64,000 nucleotides of DNA from an uncultured virus (IMG/VR IMGVR_UViG_2687453308_000004) (IMGVR_UViG_2687453308_000004), one strand, 5' to 3'; positions 19,866-30,086 are shown, counted from the first letter of the stretch. Program-made: numbers and translations. Notes: generated by a model from the sequence alone, not told the origin.

Positions 19866-20153
19866 CTACTCTAGCGACTCAAAAGTGTTGATAATTTCAG
19901 CTTTTGTTTGTTTTTCATCAACTTGTAAGCCAGCAACACTTGCTATTTCGACAAGTTCTTTTTTGGTTAATTTGTCATTTACAATGTAAATCATTTGTTC
20001 GTTGCGTTTATTTTCAACACTAGCTAAAGCTTTGATACGTTCATCTGTAGGATCATAACCTTTGCGAGGGTAGACATGCCCTTTCATATAGACATGTCTG
20101 TTATCTTCTAAATCTGTAAAATCTACTTTAACAATTCCAATGATTTCGGGCAT
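19866..20153 (-). CDS. Head-associated protein (YqbF/HeH-like)
   Basis: Follows major capsid gene; C-terminal LTKKEL...KAEII helix pair. Confidence 0.7.
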   Translation of the reverse strand: MPEIIGIVKVDFTDLEDNRHVYMKGHVYPRKGYDPTDERIKALASVENKRNEQMIYIVNDKLTKKELVEIASVAGLQVDEKQTKAEIINTFESLE

Positions 20154-20174
20154 GTTACCACTCCTAATTATTTA

Positions 20175-21149
20175 TTAAACTTCTCCTGGATTTGAAGATG
20201 GTTTTGCATCAGCAGGAACTAACTTAGCAAACGCTTTATCATCAGCGATATGCAATGCTACATGCATAGTTGCACGTAATGCCACCATGTCTTGTTCAAA
20301 CAAGTTTACAGGTGTTCCATCTTCATTTTTGACTGTAGATAATTGTGCAGTTTCATCGATTTTGTATTCAATTAATTGAGGGATACCGTAAATCAACTTA
20401 TCGAAATCACCAGTGATTAACTCACCACGTTTTAAGTTGCTTGATTTAAGGTTAACCACAGGTAGACCATCTAACGTATCACTGTTACGGTCATAAATAC
20501 GTTCTTTCGTTTCAGGATCTACAATTTTACGTAACAAGCTTCTGTTTTGTGTTTTTGAGATAAACGCATTTGCTTCTAATTCGTCATCTTCAAGTAATGC
20601 CTCTAAATCAATAATGTTATCTTGTGTGAAGTCACCTTTAATAACCTTATTAGTTTTTTCAATTGATTGTGCAATTGATTTACCGAATGGATTGTTACCT
20701 TGATTCAAAATACCCGCTTCATCAAACTTTTTATAGAATGCTTCAGCAATCATAGGCTTCATTTCTTCAAAGAATTGTGAATAAGTGTAATTCAAAAACT
20801 CTTTTGTTACAGGTAAGATAACCCCTAATTTAAACGCTCTCATAGTAGCATTAACCCATGTAGCTTTAGATGTTTCGATTTTTTGACCTTCACCTACCCA
20901 GTAAGCACCTGGTTTATCAGCCCAAAAAGTAAACTTCTTCTCAGTACCTTCCATTGGTTCGTACTTACCTAATTGCATAATTTTAGAGTTTTCCATAACC
21001 TCTTGTAAGATGGGCGTTGTGAATTCATTCATCAACGTGCCATCTTTCTTTTCGTGCATCATTACATTATCAGGGTTAAATACTTGCGGTTTAACATTGT
21101 TACTCGCAAAATGTTGCAAATTTAATTTTAATTTTTGTGTTTGTTCCAT
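20175..21149 (-). CDS. Major capsid protein (324 aa, 80alpha/phi11 type)
   Basis: [19 protein letters not shown] leader with F/A maturation motif; WVGEG motif. Confidence 0.96.
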   Translation of the reverse strand: MEQTQKLKLNLQHFASNNVKPQVFNPDNVMMHEKKDGTLMNEFTTPILQEVMENSKIMQLGKYEPMEGTEKKFTFWADKPGAYWVGEGQKIETSKATWVNATMRAFKLGVILPVTKEFLNYTYSQFFEEMKPMIAEAFYKKFDEAGILNQGNNPFGKSIAQSIEKTNKVIKGDFTQDNIIDLEALLEDDELEANAFISKTQNRSLLRKIVDPETKERIYDRNSDTLDGLPVVNLKSSNLKRGELITGDFDKLIYGIPQLIEYKIDETAQLSTVKNEDGTPVNLFEQDMVALRATMHVALHIADDKAFAKLVPADAKPSSNPGEV

Positions 21150-21162
21150 TTAAATGCCTCCG

Positions 21163-21783
21163 TTAATTTTTAATAATTCTTTTTTGTCTAGCTATTTCAG
21201 CTAAGTTTTGCGGTTTATTTTTAGTCGAGTGATTAAATGAATCTCCACCAGTCAATGGCGATTGTCTAGCGTTAATCTTAACCGCTTCATTAACCGCTTT
21301 TTTTACTGCATTAGAAAAAGCTTCAACATTCAATTTAGTTTGTTCAGCAGTATCTGTTACAACTAAATTAACAACCTCATCTGATGAATCAACTTCCGCT
21401 TCGCTTAACATTTTCCTTGCTTCTGAACGCATTTCATTTAATTGTTTTTCTGAGCGTAATTGCTCCAGCTCTTTTTCCATTTGCTCGCGTTCATATTCAT
21501 CTTTTTGATCCTTGTTCATTTTCGCTAATTTAGCAGCTTCTTTAGCAGCTTCTTCTGCTTTTTCTCTTGCATACTCATCAGCTTTTTTCTTTTCGTGGGC
21601 TACACGACGTTCAAGTATTTCATCAACTTTCTTTTGTTGCTCTGGCGTGAAAGTTATTTCAGTACCTTCGTCATTTTCTTTATTATCAGGATCTCTTTTT
21701 TTACCATCTCCACCTGGTTCATCCGGATCATCTGATTGGTCTGCAAAAAATTGCAAATTAAACTTAAGTTTATTTTCTTCCAT
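21163..21783 (-). CDS. Capsid scaffolding protein (206 aa)
   Basis: KLKFNLQFFA leader shared with the capsid protein; coiled coil. Confidence 0.93.
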   Translation of the reverse strand: MEENKLKFNLQFFADQSDDPDEPGGDGKKRDPDNKENDEGTEITFTPEQQKKVDEILERRVAHEKKKADEYAREKAEEAAKEAAKLAKMNKDQKDEYEREQMEKELEQLRSEKQLNEMRSEARKMLSEAEVDSSDEVVNLVVTDTAEQTKLNVEAFSNAVKKAVNEAVKINARQSPLTGGDSFNHSTKNKPQNLAEIARQKRIIKN

Positions 21784-21891
21784 GAGATATACCTCCATTT
21801 ATAGTCTGTCGACTGTTTTTCCATGCGTGCTTTTTATGTCATCAGCACGTTTTGGACATAAAAAATAGCCAACACAATTAAGTGCTAGCTA

Positions 21892-22062
21892 TTAAAAGAG
21901 TGGTTCGTTATATTTCGGTTTTTCTTTATTGGCTAATACTGCCGACCTTACGCTGTCTAAGTTTGCATCAATAATAACTGTTTCGTTTCGCTTTTGTAAC
22001 TCTTTACGTATACCTTTTAACTCTCTTGCTATGTCTCTAAGGTATTTGTCAGTATTGCTCAT
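21892..22062 (-). CDS. Small head-region protein (56 aa)
   Basis: GGAGG SD; between minor head and scaffold genes. Confidence 0.7.
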   Translation of the reverse strand: MSNTDKYLRDIARELKGIRKELQKRNETVIIDANLDSVRSAVLANKEKPKYNEPLF

Positions 22063-22134
22063 ACCAATATCCTCCAAACACTTAATTTACTATCATACAA
22101 TGCTAACTTGCCTTTAAAAACTTTTACTTTTAAA

Positions 22135-23130
22135 TCAATCATCGCTTTTCACTTTTCCTCCAAAGTATTTTGTTTGTCGTTTTTTGTTTGGTTTTTTCGG
22201 CCACATAGATTTAGGTAGTAATGCACAATCTGAACGACAATTGATATGCATAGGGTAGAAATTAACACCAATTTTAGCGTCTTTAACTTTGAATATTTCT
22301 CCATTAAGCCCCTTGCATACTTTAGTTGTTCTACTATCAATTTTTGCAATATACATATAATATCCTTCCGGTGAAATTTCTTTCATGCTGTCAATACTTG
22401 ATTGTGCGTGAACACGTGCCGATTCCGTATAAAGCAATGATTTAATTGCTGCAGTCTTTTGTCTTGCTGTGCCTTCGAATTTGTTTAGGTGCTTGCGCAT
22501 ATCTTTAACATATTCATTTGGATGTCGACCTCTAATAACCACATTAGCAATTATTTCTTCTACTTCTTGTTTCATCGCTTCAGTATTAGTCCATAATCGC
22601 TCTGACCAAACGACACCATGAAATTGTGTATCAACGATTGTATCTATAACTTCTTTAGCTACTTGTACACCTTCACCTAAAATACCCGCTTGATCACTGA
22701 ACACACGATAAGCTGTTGATTCGAAATATTCCCTCATCGATAATTCTGTTTGAGCTGTTGCATAAGCAATTAAGAATTCTATTTGAATCTTTAACATCTG
22801 TTCTCTAGATACATACATCTTAGTGTTATACTTCTTTAATTCTTCATTTGCTCTATCGCTAAAGTCCTTGTTTTCGACCAATCTTTTTGCTTCTTCTTGA
22901 AACGCTTTTACATCGAACTCATCAATAATCTTTTGTGCTTCTTGTAATGTAACGCCTGCAAAATCTCCGTACTTAACAATAAACGCATTGATCTCTTTTT
23001 CAATGCGCTTAATCATCATATTCAATATACGTTCTATTTCTTCAGCTTTAGTTTTATCACGCTTCAACTCATTCTCGATTGCTTTGCGTCCGCGTTCTTC
23101 CCAATATTCTTGAGTGTTTTTGTTAGGCAA
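22135..23130 (-). CDS. Minor head protein (SPP1 gp7 / Mu F family)
   Basis: WSERLW, D.RT..VC..LNG and PMHINCRS motifs. Confidence 0.92.
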   Translation of the reverse strand: MPNKNTQEYWEERGRKAIENELKRDKTKAEEIERILNMMIKRIEKEINAFIVKYGDFAGVTLQEAQKIIDEFDVKAFQEEAKRLVENKDFSDRANEELKKYNTKMYVSREQMLKIQIEFLIAYATAQTELSMREYFESTAYRVFSDQAGILGEGVQVAKEVIDTIVDTQFHGVVWSERLWTNTEAMKQEVEEIIANVVIRGRHPNEYVKDMRKHLNKFEGTARQKTAAIKSLLYTESARVHAQSSIDSMKEISPEGYYMYIAKIDSRTTKVCKGLNGEIFKVKDAKIGVNFYPMHINCRSDCALLPKSMWPKKPNKKRQTKYFGGKVKSDD

Positions 23131-23136
23131 TTACAA

Positions 23137-24675
23137 TCATTCCTTTTTATCAACAGTATCTTTTGTATCATCATCTTGTTCGTCATCATTGATGTCTCTA
23201 GGGTCTTTATAAATACCTTTTTGAGCTTTTTTAATAGATTCTTTCTCATCTTCTTCTATTTTCTTGACTTCCAATTCAGGGTCTTGGAAGAACGAGAATA
23301 GAGACATTAAAGTTGTTTGACTAATCTTCCCGCCAGAATCAATATAAGCTTTTAATTCTTCGATTAATGATTTAGGTAAGTTTCTGTTGTATACGTATCT
23401 AACAGTATTGAAATCTTTGTTAGCGTCAATCGACCGTGTATTTTTAAGTATTGTCTCTAACAACTTAGCACGACGTCTTAACCCTTTAGTGAACAATCCT
23501 TCTTTAGTTTTAGTACGTTGTTCTAATCCGAATAATTTGTATTTCATTGCCTCGCCCGATTGAGTGCCACTAAAGTTATCATCTTTCATGTTAGGCGTGT
23601 TGGTAAACATGTGTATATCACTGTTCAAACGGTCTTTATAAGCTTCGGTACCTTGTACATCGTATTGTTTATAAATATAACCGCCGTCAACTGAACCTTC
23701 TGTTTCGATACCTGTATCCCTATTCTCATAAACGGTTGGCTCTAAAAATAACACGTTAGCTTCCTTTTGTTTTCTAACTTCTACAGGATCTAAATTTAAA
23801 TTACCTTTAATAAGTAACATAGCGTCATTTAAATCACTCATATAGTTAGCAGTATCTGATTCTGCATTATCATACAAATCAATTAAAGTGATTACTTTCT
23901 CGTAATCCCCTTTTCTTCTTTCGTTATTGCTAAATTCTGTAATAGGCATGCGTTCAAATGAGTGAGATTCAAAACTGTTTTCACGTGGTGTGAGCTTCAA
24001 TCCACTTGTTCTACTGGTAAGATATCTATAAACACCGTTAGAAGTAAATAAATCAACTGTAAACACTTCATCTTCGTCAGTCTTGTCTATTGGTTTAGTT
24101 CTTAAATATCTAACGCCTGCGATACTATTACGTTCAATTGTATTGTCGTATATGACAAAAGTGCTCATCGCATCACTCTTGTATAAACGAGTTTCATCAT
24201 CTTGATTTCTAATCATTAACTCATAAGCTTTACCATAAATTGATAAGTCTAATCCTAGAGATCTATTGTGCGACTCAACATCATTTAAATCATTGAACGC
24301 CTCAATAGCTTCTAATACATCTTTGTCATCATCTTGATATTGAATTGGATTACCCAAGAAATAGCCGTTGATAAAATCGCTAATATAAGATGCGTAATCA
24401 TGCGCTACACGGTTATCTGCCATGTACTCTTCTTTGCGTCGTGTTAACTCAACTAAGTTCTTAGTTTTACCTTCGTAATAATCACTTAACACTTTCAATC
24501 TAGGTCGTTGGTAATCCATGTGATGTTCAATGTATTTACTTACTTCATTAACGTTTTGTAATAAATCGGATTCCGTCCCGTCATATGTGTAAACAACATT
24601 GGCTTCATCATTAAATAAGTAATTTATGTTTCCCTGTAGATCTGTATCTGTTTCAAATTCGTTTACTTTTAACAT
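23137..24675 (-). CDS. Portal protein, SPP1 family
   Basis: 512 aa after terL; FSGTQSGEAMKYKL motif. Confidence 0.95.
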   Translation of the reverse strand: MLKVNEFETDTDLQGNINYLFNDEANVVYTYDGTESDLLQNVNEVSKYIEHHMDYQRPRLKVLSDYYEGKTKNLVELTRRKEEYMADNRVAHDYASYISDFINGYFLGNPIQYQDDDKDVLEAIEAFNDLNDVESHNRSLGLDLSIYGKAYELMIRNQDDETRLYKSDAMSTFVIYDNTIERNSIAGVRYLRTKPIDKTDEDEVFTVDLFTSNGVYRYLTSRTSGLKLTPRENSFESHSFERMPITEFSNNERRKGDYEKVITLIDLYDNAESDTANYMSDLNDAMLLIKGNLNLDPVEVRKQKEANVLFLEPTVYENRDTGIETEGSVDGGYIYKQYDVQGTEAYKDRLNSDIHMFTNTPNMKDDNFSGTQSGEAMKYKLFGLEQRTKTKEGLFTKGLRRRAKLLETILKNTRSIDANKDFNTVRYVYNRNLPKSLIEELKAYIDSGGKISQTTLMSLFSFFQDPELEVKKIEEDEKESIKKAQKGIYKDPRDINDDEQDDDTKDTVDKKE

Positions 24676-24685
24676 TTGTTCCCTC

Positions 24686-25963
24686 CTATAATCCTAGAGA
24701 TTTTATTGTGTCAACTTTCGAACTGACATTTGTGCGTTTTCTAACCGGTCTGTAGAATCGTTCTACTGAATAACGCAACGAATCGATACAATGATTGTAT
24801 GTATCTACTGGTTCATTGGTATATTCACCTGTATCTTTGTCCTTTTGCCATGTGTAGTTGTCAAACTCTTCAATAGTCTTGAAACAACGTTCATCAACAA
24901 TGATTTCAAATTGCATTAAGAATTGTAACCCTTGTACAACCGAGCCCTTCCCTTTTTTGGTTGGTAAAATCCTTTTAAGCCCTAGATTCCTTAATTCAGC
25001 TATACTTTTTTGTTCTGCACTATCTGCTGTAATTTCTTCTTTAGCATAACCAAGTTGCTTTATGACATTAGCTATTTCATCATTCAGCATACCTTGTTTA
25101 ACATACTCTTCAATGATGTATAACTTCTTTTTCTTTACATCTATTTTAGAATGTATAAAAGCACTAGGATCATTAACGTAGCCAAAGTCCAATCCAAAAT
25201 AAGAAGGTAAATGTCTTAACTCATCTTTATTTATTAAACGTTTTTCATACTTAGGGAAAACCAATTTGTCTAGTGTAGCAAATTCACCTAACGCATAAAT
25301 TTTGTAATATGCTGGATTACGATTTGCTAACAACTCTAAGTTTTGTCGTGTCATTTCATCAAGAAACTTATTATCTCGATAACTAGATTGTCTAATCATG
25401 ACATTTTCCATTGGTTCACCATGTTCAAAGAAATACTTATAAACCCAATTCAGTTTAGATACTGGGTTAAACATCAAAAATATTTGCTTATTCACGTGTT
25501 TACGCTCCCTCAAACGCAACGTTAATTGCGTGTAATCATTTAGTGTGAATTCAGACGCTTCTTCCATGACTATGTCTGATATGCCTTTTATCGACTTTAT
25601 TTTCTCTGGGTTATCTAATCCTTTAAACAAAAAAACTGCGCCGTTTGGCAATTCAACTTTGTTATCAGTCTTATTCCAAAGGCACATGTCCCAAATACCG
25701 AAGTTTATCAAACAATCTTTGACATCTTCGAATAAACTATCTTTAATTGTTGATTGGACTTTTCTAAGCCATAGTATACGCCTAGGATATTTCCAGTCTT
25801 GCAATGCTTTGAGTACAACTTTTTGTATAACGCCGTGAGACTTACCGCTCGAACCTCCACCGTAATGTACTTCAGTGAAGTTATCGTAATTGGTTAGTAT
25901 TTCGAATATGTTTCTATTGAAAACATTAGACGGTTTGTTAAAGTTTAATTTAACTTTCGTCAT
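24686..25963 (-). CDS. terL: Terminase large subunit, PBSX family (425 aa from MTKVK)
   Basis: GGGSSGKS Walker A, MEEASE Walker B, GLDFGY and NHCIDSLRY nuclease motifs. Confidence 0.95.
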   Translation of the reverse strand: MTKVKLNFNKPSNVFNRNIFEILTNYDNFTEVHYGGGSSGKSHGVIQKVVLKALQDWKYPRRILWLRKVQSTIKDSLFEDVKDCLINFGIWDMCLWNKTDNKVELPNGAVFLFKGLDNPEKIKSIKGISDIVMEEASEFTLNDYTQLTLRLRERKHVNKQIFLMFNPVSKLNWVYKYFFEHGEPMENVMIRQSSYRDNKFLDEMTRQNLELLANRNPAYYKIYALGEFATLDKLVFPKYEKRLINKDELRHLPSYFGLDFGYVNDPSAFIHSKIDVKKKKLYIIEEYVKQGMLNDEIANVIKQLGYAKEEITADSAEQKSIAELRNLGLKRILPTKKGKGSVVQGLQFLMQFEIIVDERCFKTIEEFDNYTWQKDKDTGEYTNEPVDTYNHCIDSLRYSVERFYRPVRKRTNVSSKVDTIKSLGL

Positions 25964-26390
25964 CGTACTCACCAATATTAATCTCAATATTCTTCTGAGT
26001 AATTTCTTTTTTATCGATATACGCACCATGTACTTTTAGTATGTGGTCAATAGATCTCTGACGCTCTTCAAAAGTTGGTGTGATTGTGTAAGTAACCTCT
26101 TTTTCCACTTCATCGTTTAAATGGTCATATTTCTTACTGTAAGCCTCTTGAGGTTCTCCTCTAGCAATAGAAGCAGATAACGCTAAAGCTTCTGTAATAC
26201 TCATTAAACGCTCTTCTTGTATCTGTTCTAATCGTTCTTTAATATATTCCGAAACATTAACATTTCTTAACAATCGACTTGCTAAAGACTCTGCTGTTTT
26301 CTTACTATAACCTGCTGTAATTGCTGCTTTTTTACCATTACATCCATTCATTATATATTCATCTGCGAATCTCTTTTGTTTTTCGTTCAT
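25950..26390 (-). CDS. terS: Terminase small subunit (146 aa from MNEKQ)
   Basis: KQKRFADEY...AAITAGYS HTH signature; overlaps terL start. Confidence 0.93.
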   Translation of the reverse strand: MNEKQKRFADEYIMNGCNGKKAAITAGYSKKTAESLASRLLRNVNVSEYIKERLEQIQEERLMSITEALALSASIARGEPQEAYSKKYDHLNDEVEKEVTYTITPTFEERQRSIDHILKVHGAYIDKKEITQKNIEINIGEYDDES

Positions 26391-26527
26391 TTCATTTACC
26401 ACCAACTCTCGCGCTATACGCTTTTTAAAATTAAAAAAGGATTGGCTATAATCAGCCAACCCACATAGATCCTTTATTCCTAATTGCGATAAGGGAAACG
26501 CAGTACGATAGTCAATATCCTACACTA

Positions 26528-26573
26528 TCATAATATCTCATTTAAGGTATCAAAAACTGCCACTTTACTGCCA
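26528..26573 (-). promoter_or_regulatory. Late (terS) promoter region with probable RinA-binding direct repeats
   Basis: TGGCAGT twice at 11-bp spacing (26556-26562, 26567-26573) immediately after the rinA stop; TATGAT downstream. Confidence 0.6.
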
Positions 26574-26576
26574 ATT

Positions 26577-26999
26577 TCAGTCTTCCCCTAACTCTTCCGC
26601 CAATCTAGATATGATTTTTCTTTTGATTCTATGAGCAGTTCTATCAGAAATGTGTATGTCAACACAAACTTTCACTAATTCCTTTTTATTAAAATAATAC
26701 TCTTGAATGAATTCGCGTTCTTTCCTGCTTGATGTGTTGATTATACGTTCAATAGCGCTCTTAAACTCAAGGATTTTACCTCTTCGTATACTACAAAGAT
26801 AATTAGTTACTGCCATTTCTGTTTTCGATGTATTAGACGGTACAAACTCCCCGCCTATATTTGTATCTGTTGGAATCCACGGTGTCATTATTTCACTTCT
26901 TAAATCTTCGAGTTGCTTATGATAATTAGGATAATCACACAACTCATCTTCTAACTTTCGAACTGTTGATAATTTTAATCCATATTTCTTTTTAGTCAT
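26577..26999 (-). CDS. rinA: Late-gene activator RinA
   Basis: 140 aa, last early gene before terS; C-terminal sigma-4-like HTH. Confidence 0.9.
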   Translation of the reverse strand: MTKKKYGLKLSTVRKLEDELCDYPNYHKQLEDLRSEIMTPWIPTDTNIGGEFVPSNTSKTEMAVTNYLCSIRRGKILEFKSAIERIINTSSRKEREFIQEYYFNKKELVKVCVDIHISDRTAHRIKRKIISRLAEELGED

Positions 27000-27022
27000 G
27001 AATACCCTCCATACAAATATTT

Positions 27023-27169
27023 TTAATCTTCAAAATGTCTCAATCTACTTCTTAATATCTCTATCTCCCGCTCTTTAACTTTCACATCGCCTTTTAACTG
27101 TTCAGCTTGCAACATCACACCAAACAATAAGATGACTAGTAATATAATTGCTATGACTAACCACATCAT
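27023..27169 (-). CDS. 48-aa membrane-anchored protein (DUF1514-like)
   Basis: Read by hand: MMWLVIAIILLVILLFGVMLQAEQLKG...; GGAGG SD. Confidence 0.75.
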   Translation of the reverse strand: MMWLVIAIILLVILLFGVMLQAEQLKGDVKVKEREIEILRSRLRHFED

Positions 27170-27343
27170 CTACTCTGACACCTCCGCCCTCATCAAATCA
27201 GACTGATCGCTCAACTTTGCGAAGTCACTCGGCGCCTCTACATCATCATTAGCCGTCGTCATAATATATACTTTCTCAGTTACATACTTACCTAGCTCAT
27301 ACATCGCTAGTAAGAATAATAGTCTTAATATTTGTTTAATCAT
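27170..27343 (-). CDS. rinB: RinB-family protein (57 aa)
   Basis: Read by hand: MIKQILRLLFLLAMYELGKYVTE...ANDDVEAPSDF; TAATG coupling to upstream gene. Confidence 0.85.
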   Translation of the reverse strand: MIKQILRLLFLLAMYELGKYVTEKVYIMTTANDDVEAPSDFAKLSDQSDLMRAEVSE

Positions 27344-27729
27344 TATTTATCTACCTTCTTTACTTCGTATAAGACCGGATATAAATTTAAAAAGTGTATT
27401 CTATAACCAATCGTTTTAACTTCTACTTTGTCGCCTACTTTTAACCTAGCTTGTATGTCTGCGCTATCAAATTTCTTTTTGAATAGTAAGTCAGAGTTTT
27501 CGATGACTTGCTTGTTGTCTAACACAATATAGAACTTGTCTTCTTTATCTTGTCTCTTGTTATATTTATCTGTAATTGTCCCTTGATGTACTTCTTTGTT
27601 TTGGTAACTAGCCACTGTATAGATAGGCGATATGACAACAAGCATCAGTGCGATTACGCCGAATAATCGCAGTATTCCAACAATAAAGATATCGAACCAA
27701 TCCATATTTTTAAGTTTTTTAATCATCAT
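27343..27729 (-). CDS. DUF1523-like membrane-anchored protein
   Basis: N-terminal TM; D.LFKKKFDSADIQA and GYRIHFL motifs. Confidence 0.75.
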   Translation of the reverse strand: MMIKKLKNMDWFDIFIVGILRLFGVIALMLVVISPIYTVASYQNKEVHQGTITDKYNKRQDKEDKFYIVLDNKQVIENSDLLFKKKFDSADIQARLKVGDKVEVKTIGYRIHFLNLYPVLYEVKKVDK

Positions 27730-27955
27730 TGTCATCTCCTGTATCAATCAAAAAAAGTACCTGTCTCAACATACTCTTTAACTGTTGTTCATTTAGACTG
27801 GCTAACATAGGGCTGTAAAATTCACTATCTTCATCTTTAACAGTTTTAATAAAACAGCCTTCAATCTCAGCTTTTTCTTCTGGCGTTCCATTTTTATACG
27901 TCTTAAATACCTCGGTGTGCTTTTCTGGTAATTTCATTTTAGGTGTATTAAACAT
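27719..27955 (-). CDS. Hypothetical phage protein (78 aa)
   Basis: GAGGGGAG SD, in operon. Confidence 0.7.
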   Translation of the reverse strand: MFNTPKMKLPEKHTEVFKTYKNGTPEEKAEIEGCFIKTVKDEDSEFYSPMLASLNEQQLKSMLRQVLFLIDTGDDNDD

Positions 27956-27979
27956 TATTATCTCCCCTCTTTAATGATT

Positions 27980-28216
27980 TTATTTCTTTTCGAACAAAGA
28001 ACCTAATACTTCTTCACTAGGTCTTTCGAATAAGGTCACTTTAGAATTATTAGTGTAGTAAACAATAGGTGTATTTTGTGACTCATATTTCTCTTTCGCT
28101 TCTTCTTTACTCTCTGCCTCAACAACTGTAAACGTCTGATTGCTCTTAGCTTTAGTTATGTGTGTATGCTTACGTCCTGTTGAATCTTTAAATGTTGTGA
28201 TTAAATATTGTGTCAC
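27980..28216 (-). CDS. DUF1381-family protein
   Basis: MTQYLITTFKDSTG...VVEAESKEEAKEKY signature. Confidence 0.85.
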   Translation of the reverse strand: MTQYLITTFKDSTGRKHTHITKAKSNQTFTVVEAESKEEAKEKYESQNTPIVYYTNNSKVTLFERPSEEVLGSLFEKK

Positions 28217-28229
28217 TTACTCGACACCT

Positions 28230-28273
28230 CTTTCACTTGCATGTTATTTGCGCGTTACTTGCACGTTACTTGC
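28230..28273. repeat. Four imperfect 11-bp tandem repeats (GCAAGTAACGT-like on minus strand)
   Basis: ctttcacttgc / atgttatttgc / gcgttacttgc / acgttacttgc. Confidence 0.85.
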
Positions 28274-28390
28274 AAACCTTTTTAATATATTTTTAAAAAT
28301 AAGAATTACTTTTATAATTACACTTCTTACGGTTAAGAACAGATACAATTTATAGTAACTGTTAAAATAGCTTATTTTATATTGCGTCAC
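28244..28390 (-). CDS. Possible 48-aa hydrophobic/basic peptide (MTQYKISYF...VQVTRK)
   Basis: GTG start overlapping the upstream stop, GGAG SD; start duplicates the DUF1381 start. Confidence 0.4.
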   Translation of the reverse strand: MTQYKISYFNSYYKLYLFLTVRSVIIKVILIFKNILKRFASNVQVTRK

Positions 28391-28632
28391 TTCTTATCGC
28401 TCCTTTGAATGATTCTAAGTTTTTCTATGAATAAAAGTATTAGTAAAATACTCAATGTAGCCAACATATTTTGTTGTTTTGCAAAATCTACTAGAACGAT
28501 TAAGACCAATAACATTCCAATTCTGCATGTAAATAAATCTAATTCTTTGTACAAAACCATATATTTGTTGAGTAAATTGTTAAATATAACTATGAATACA
28601 AATATTAGAACTAATGTAATGATGTAATTCAC
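28387..28632 (-). CDS. Small multi-TM hypothetical protein (81 aa)
   Basis: GGAGG SD after dut; three hydrophobic segments. Confidence 0.7.
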   Translation of the reverse strand: MNYIITLVLIFVFIVIFNNLLNKYMVLYKELDLFTCRIGMLLVLIVLVDFAKQQNMLATLSILLILLFIEKLRIIQRSDKK

Positions 28633-28668
28633 TTCCCCAAAACCTCCTTGACTCGATCTAAGATGTCT

Positions 28669-29178
28669 TTACACTCCGCTACTTCCGAAGCCTTTTGCTC
28701 CACGTTCTGAAACACTCTCGAATTCCTCCACTTGCTTTAGTTCCGGTGTCCATATAGGTACGATAACCAATTGAGCTAGTTTGTCTCCTTCGTTGATTTG
28801 ATAAGTTCCGTATTGTCTTATGGCGTCACTCAAATCGATTTCTCCTTTAATATCAAAAACACCTGGTGTGATATAACCATTCGATGCAATAGCGTCATTC
28901 TTGATGTTAATCCCTAAATTACCATGATATCCCGCGTCTATCTTGCCTGTTTCAATCACTAAATGCGTTTTACTACTTACACCACTACGGCTAGTTAATA
29001 GTCCGACATAGCCCTCTGGTATGCTCACAGCTACATCTGTTTTAATCACTGCCTTTTCTTGTGGTTCGAGTACGACAGTTTCAGCTGAGAATATGTCATA
29101 ACCTGCATCCGTCTTATGAGTTCGTTCGGGCATTCTAGCATTTTCTGATAATAGTTTTACTTGCAATGTGTTAGTCAT
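28669..29178 (-). CDS. dut: Trimeric dUTPase (169 aa) with phi11-like motif VI insert
   Basis: DAGYD, SRSG, GKIDAGYHG, QLV and RGAKGFGSSG motifs. Confidence 0.96.
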   Translation of the reverse strand: MTNTLQVKLLSENARMPERTHKTDAGYDIFSAETVVLEPQEKAVIKTDVAVSIPEGYVGLLTSRSGVSSKTHLVIETGKIDAGYHGNLGINIKNDAIASNGYITPGVFDIKGEIDLSDAIRQYGTYQINEGDKLAQLVIVPIWTPELKQVEEFESVSERGAKGFGSSGV

Positions 29179-29419
29179 TTTCCTGCTCCTCCTCATATTT
29201 ATAGACAACTTGACTCGTCATAATCCCTACTGCTTCATCAAGATAAATATCTTCTTTGAGTGCATCTTGCATAGCATTAGGTAAACCCTCAAGTATTTCA
29301 TCAAACGCTTGTGCTTTCTTATACACGTCCTCAATCTCTTTTAGCAATCCCTCTGTGTCATTGCCGTTATACGCACTAGCACTGATCACTGATTGTTCAA
29401 TTTGTTCGCGGTTATTCAT
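29171..29419 (-). CDS. DUF1024-family protein
   Basis: SAYNGNDTEGLLKEIEDVYKKAQAFDEI signature. Confidence 0.85.
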   Translation of the reverse strand: MNNREQIEQSVISASAYNGNDTEGLLKEIEDVYKKAQAFDEILEGLPNAMQDALKEDIYLDEAVGIMTSQVVYKYEEEQEND

Positions 29420-29459
29420 TAGTGTCTTCCTCCATAAAATTTTATTGTTTATATCTCCT

Positions 29460-29702
29460 CTAAAATAAAGTTAGTTGCTTCTGTTTCTCGTATTCCAAAC
29501 CATGTTGCTTTATATATATTTCTAGCTCTTCGGCTGTATCAAACGTCTTCTTTACGCCTTGCCAACCTGGTACGATATGCCCGTGAAAGTAATAATTGCC
29601 GTTTGCTACATGGATATGTGCCACTCGTTCGTTATCTTGATACAGATATCTCTTAGATCCAAAGAATTGATTTAGGTATTCTTTGCGTGCGTTATCTGTC
29701 AT
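29460..29702 (-). CDS. phiPVL ORF51-like protein
   Basis: KRYLYQDNERVAHIHV signature. Confidence 0.8.
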   Translation of the reverse strand: MTDNARKEYLNQFFGSKRYLYQDNERVAHIHVANGNYYFHGHIVPGWQGVKKTFDTAEELEIYIKQHGLEYEKQKQLTLF

Positions 29703-29705
29703 GAT

Positions 29706-30074
29706 CTACTTCTTAACTTTCACGAATATGTCGTTTTCCATCAGGTAGCACGCATAACGTCCTCTTGGATGTTTCTGAGGCACATTAAACAAATGTGGCT
29801 TCTTTCTTCTTAGCTCAGCCTCTTTCTTTCGCTTTCTTTCCAATTTGCGTTCGAGTCTAGCTTGTTCCAGTCTTTCTATTGTTTTCTTTTCTCTGTACTC
29901 GCTTAAACGCGTACCTTCTGGTGCGTCCATTGCTTCATGTAGTTCCCAACCGTCTTTTACTCTCTTAGAAACCATTCCAGCGGTTATACCGTGACTTTCT
30001 ATTAATTCCATTTCAAATTTACTGAACCTATAAGGTTTATCATTTATTGTTACAATCCTTGCTTTTCTCGCCAT
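29706..30074 (-). CDS. phiPVL ORF50-like protein
   Basis: RVKDGW...RKKPHLFNVPQKH signature. Confidence 0.8.
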   Translation of the reverse strand: MARKARIVTINDKPYRFSKFEMELIESHGITAGMVSKRVKDGWELHEAMDAPEGTRLSEYREKKTIERLEQARLERKLERKRKKEAELRRKKPHLFNVPQKHPRGRYACYLMENDIFVKVKK

Positions 30075-30086
30075 TTTATCCACCTC

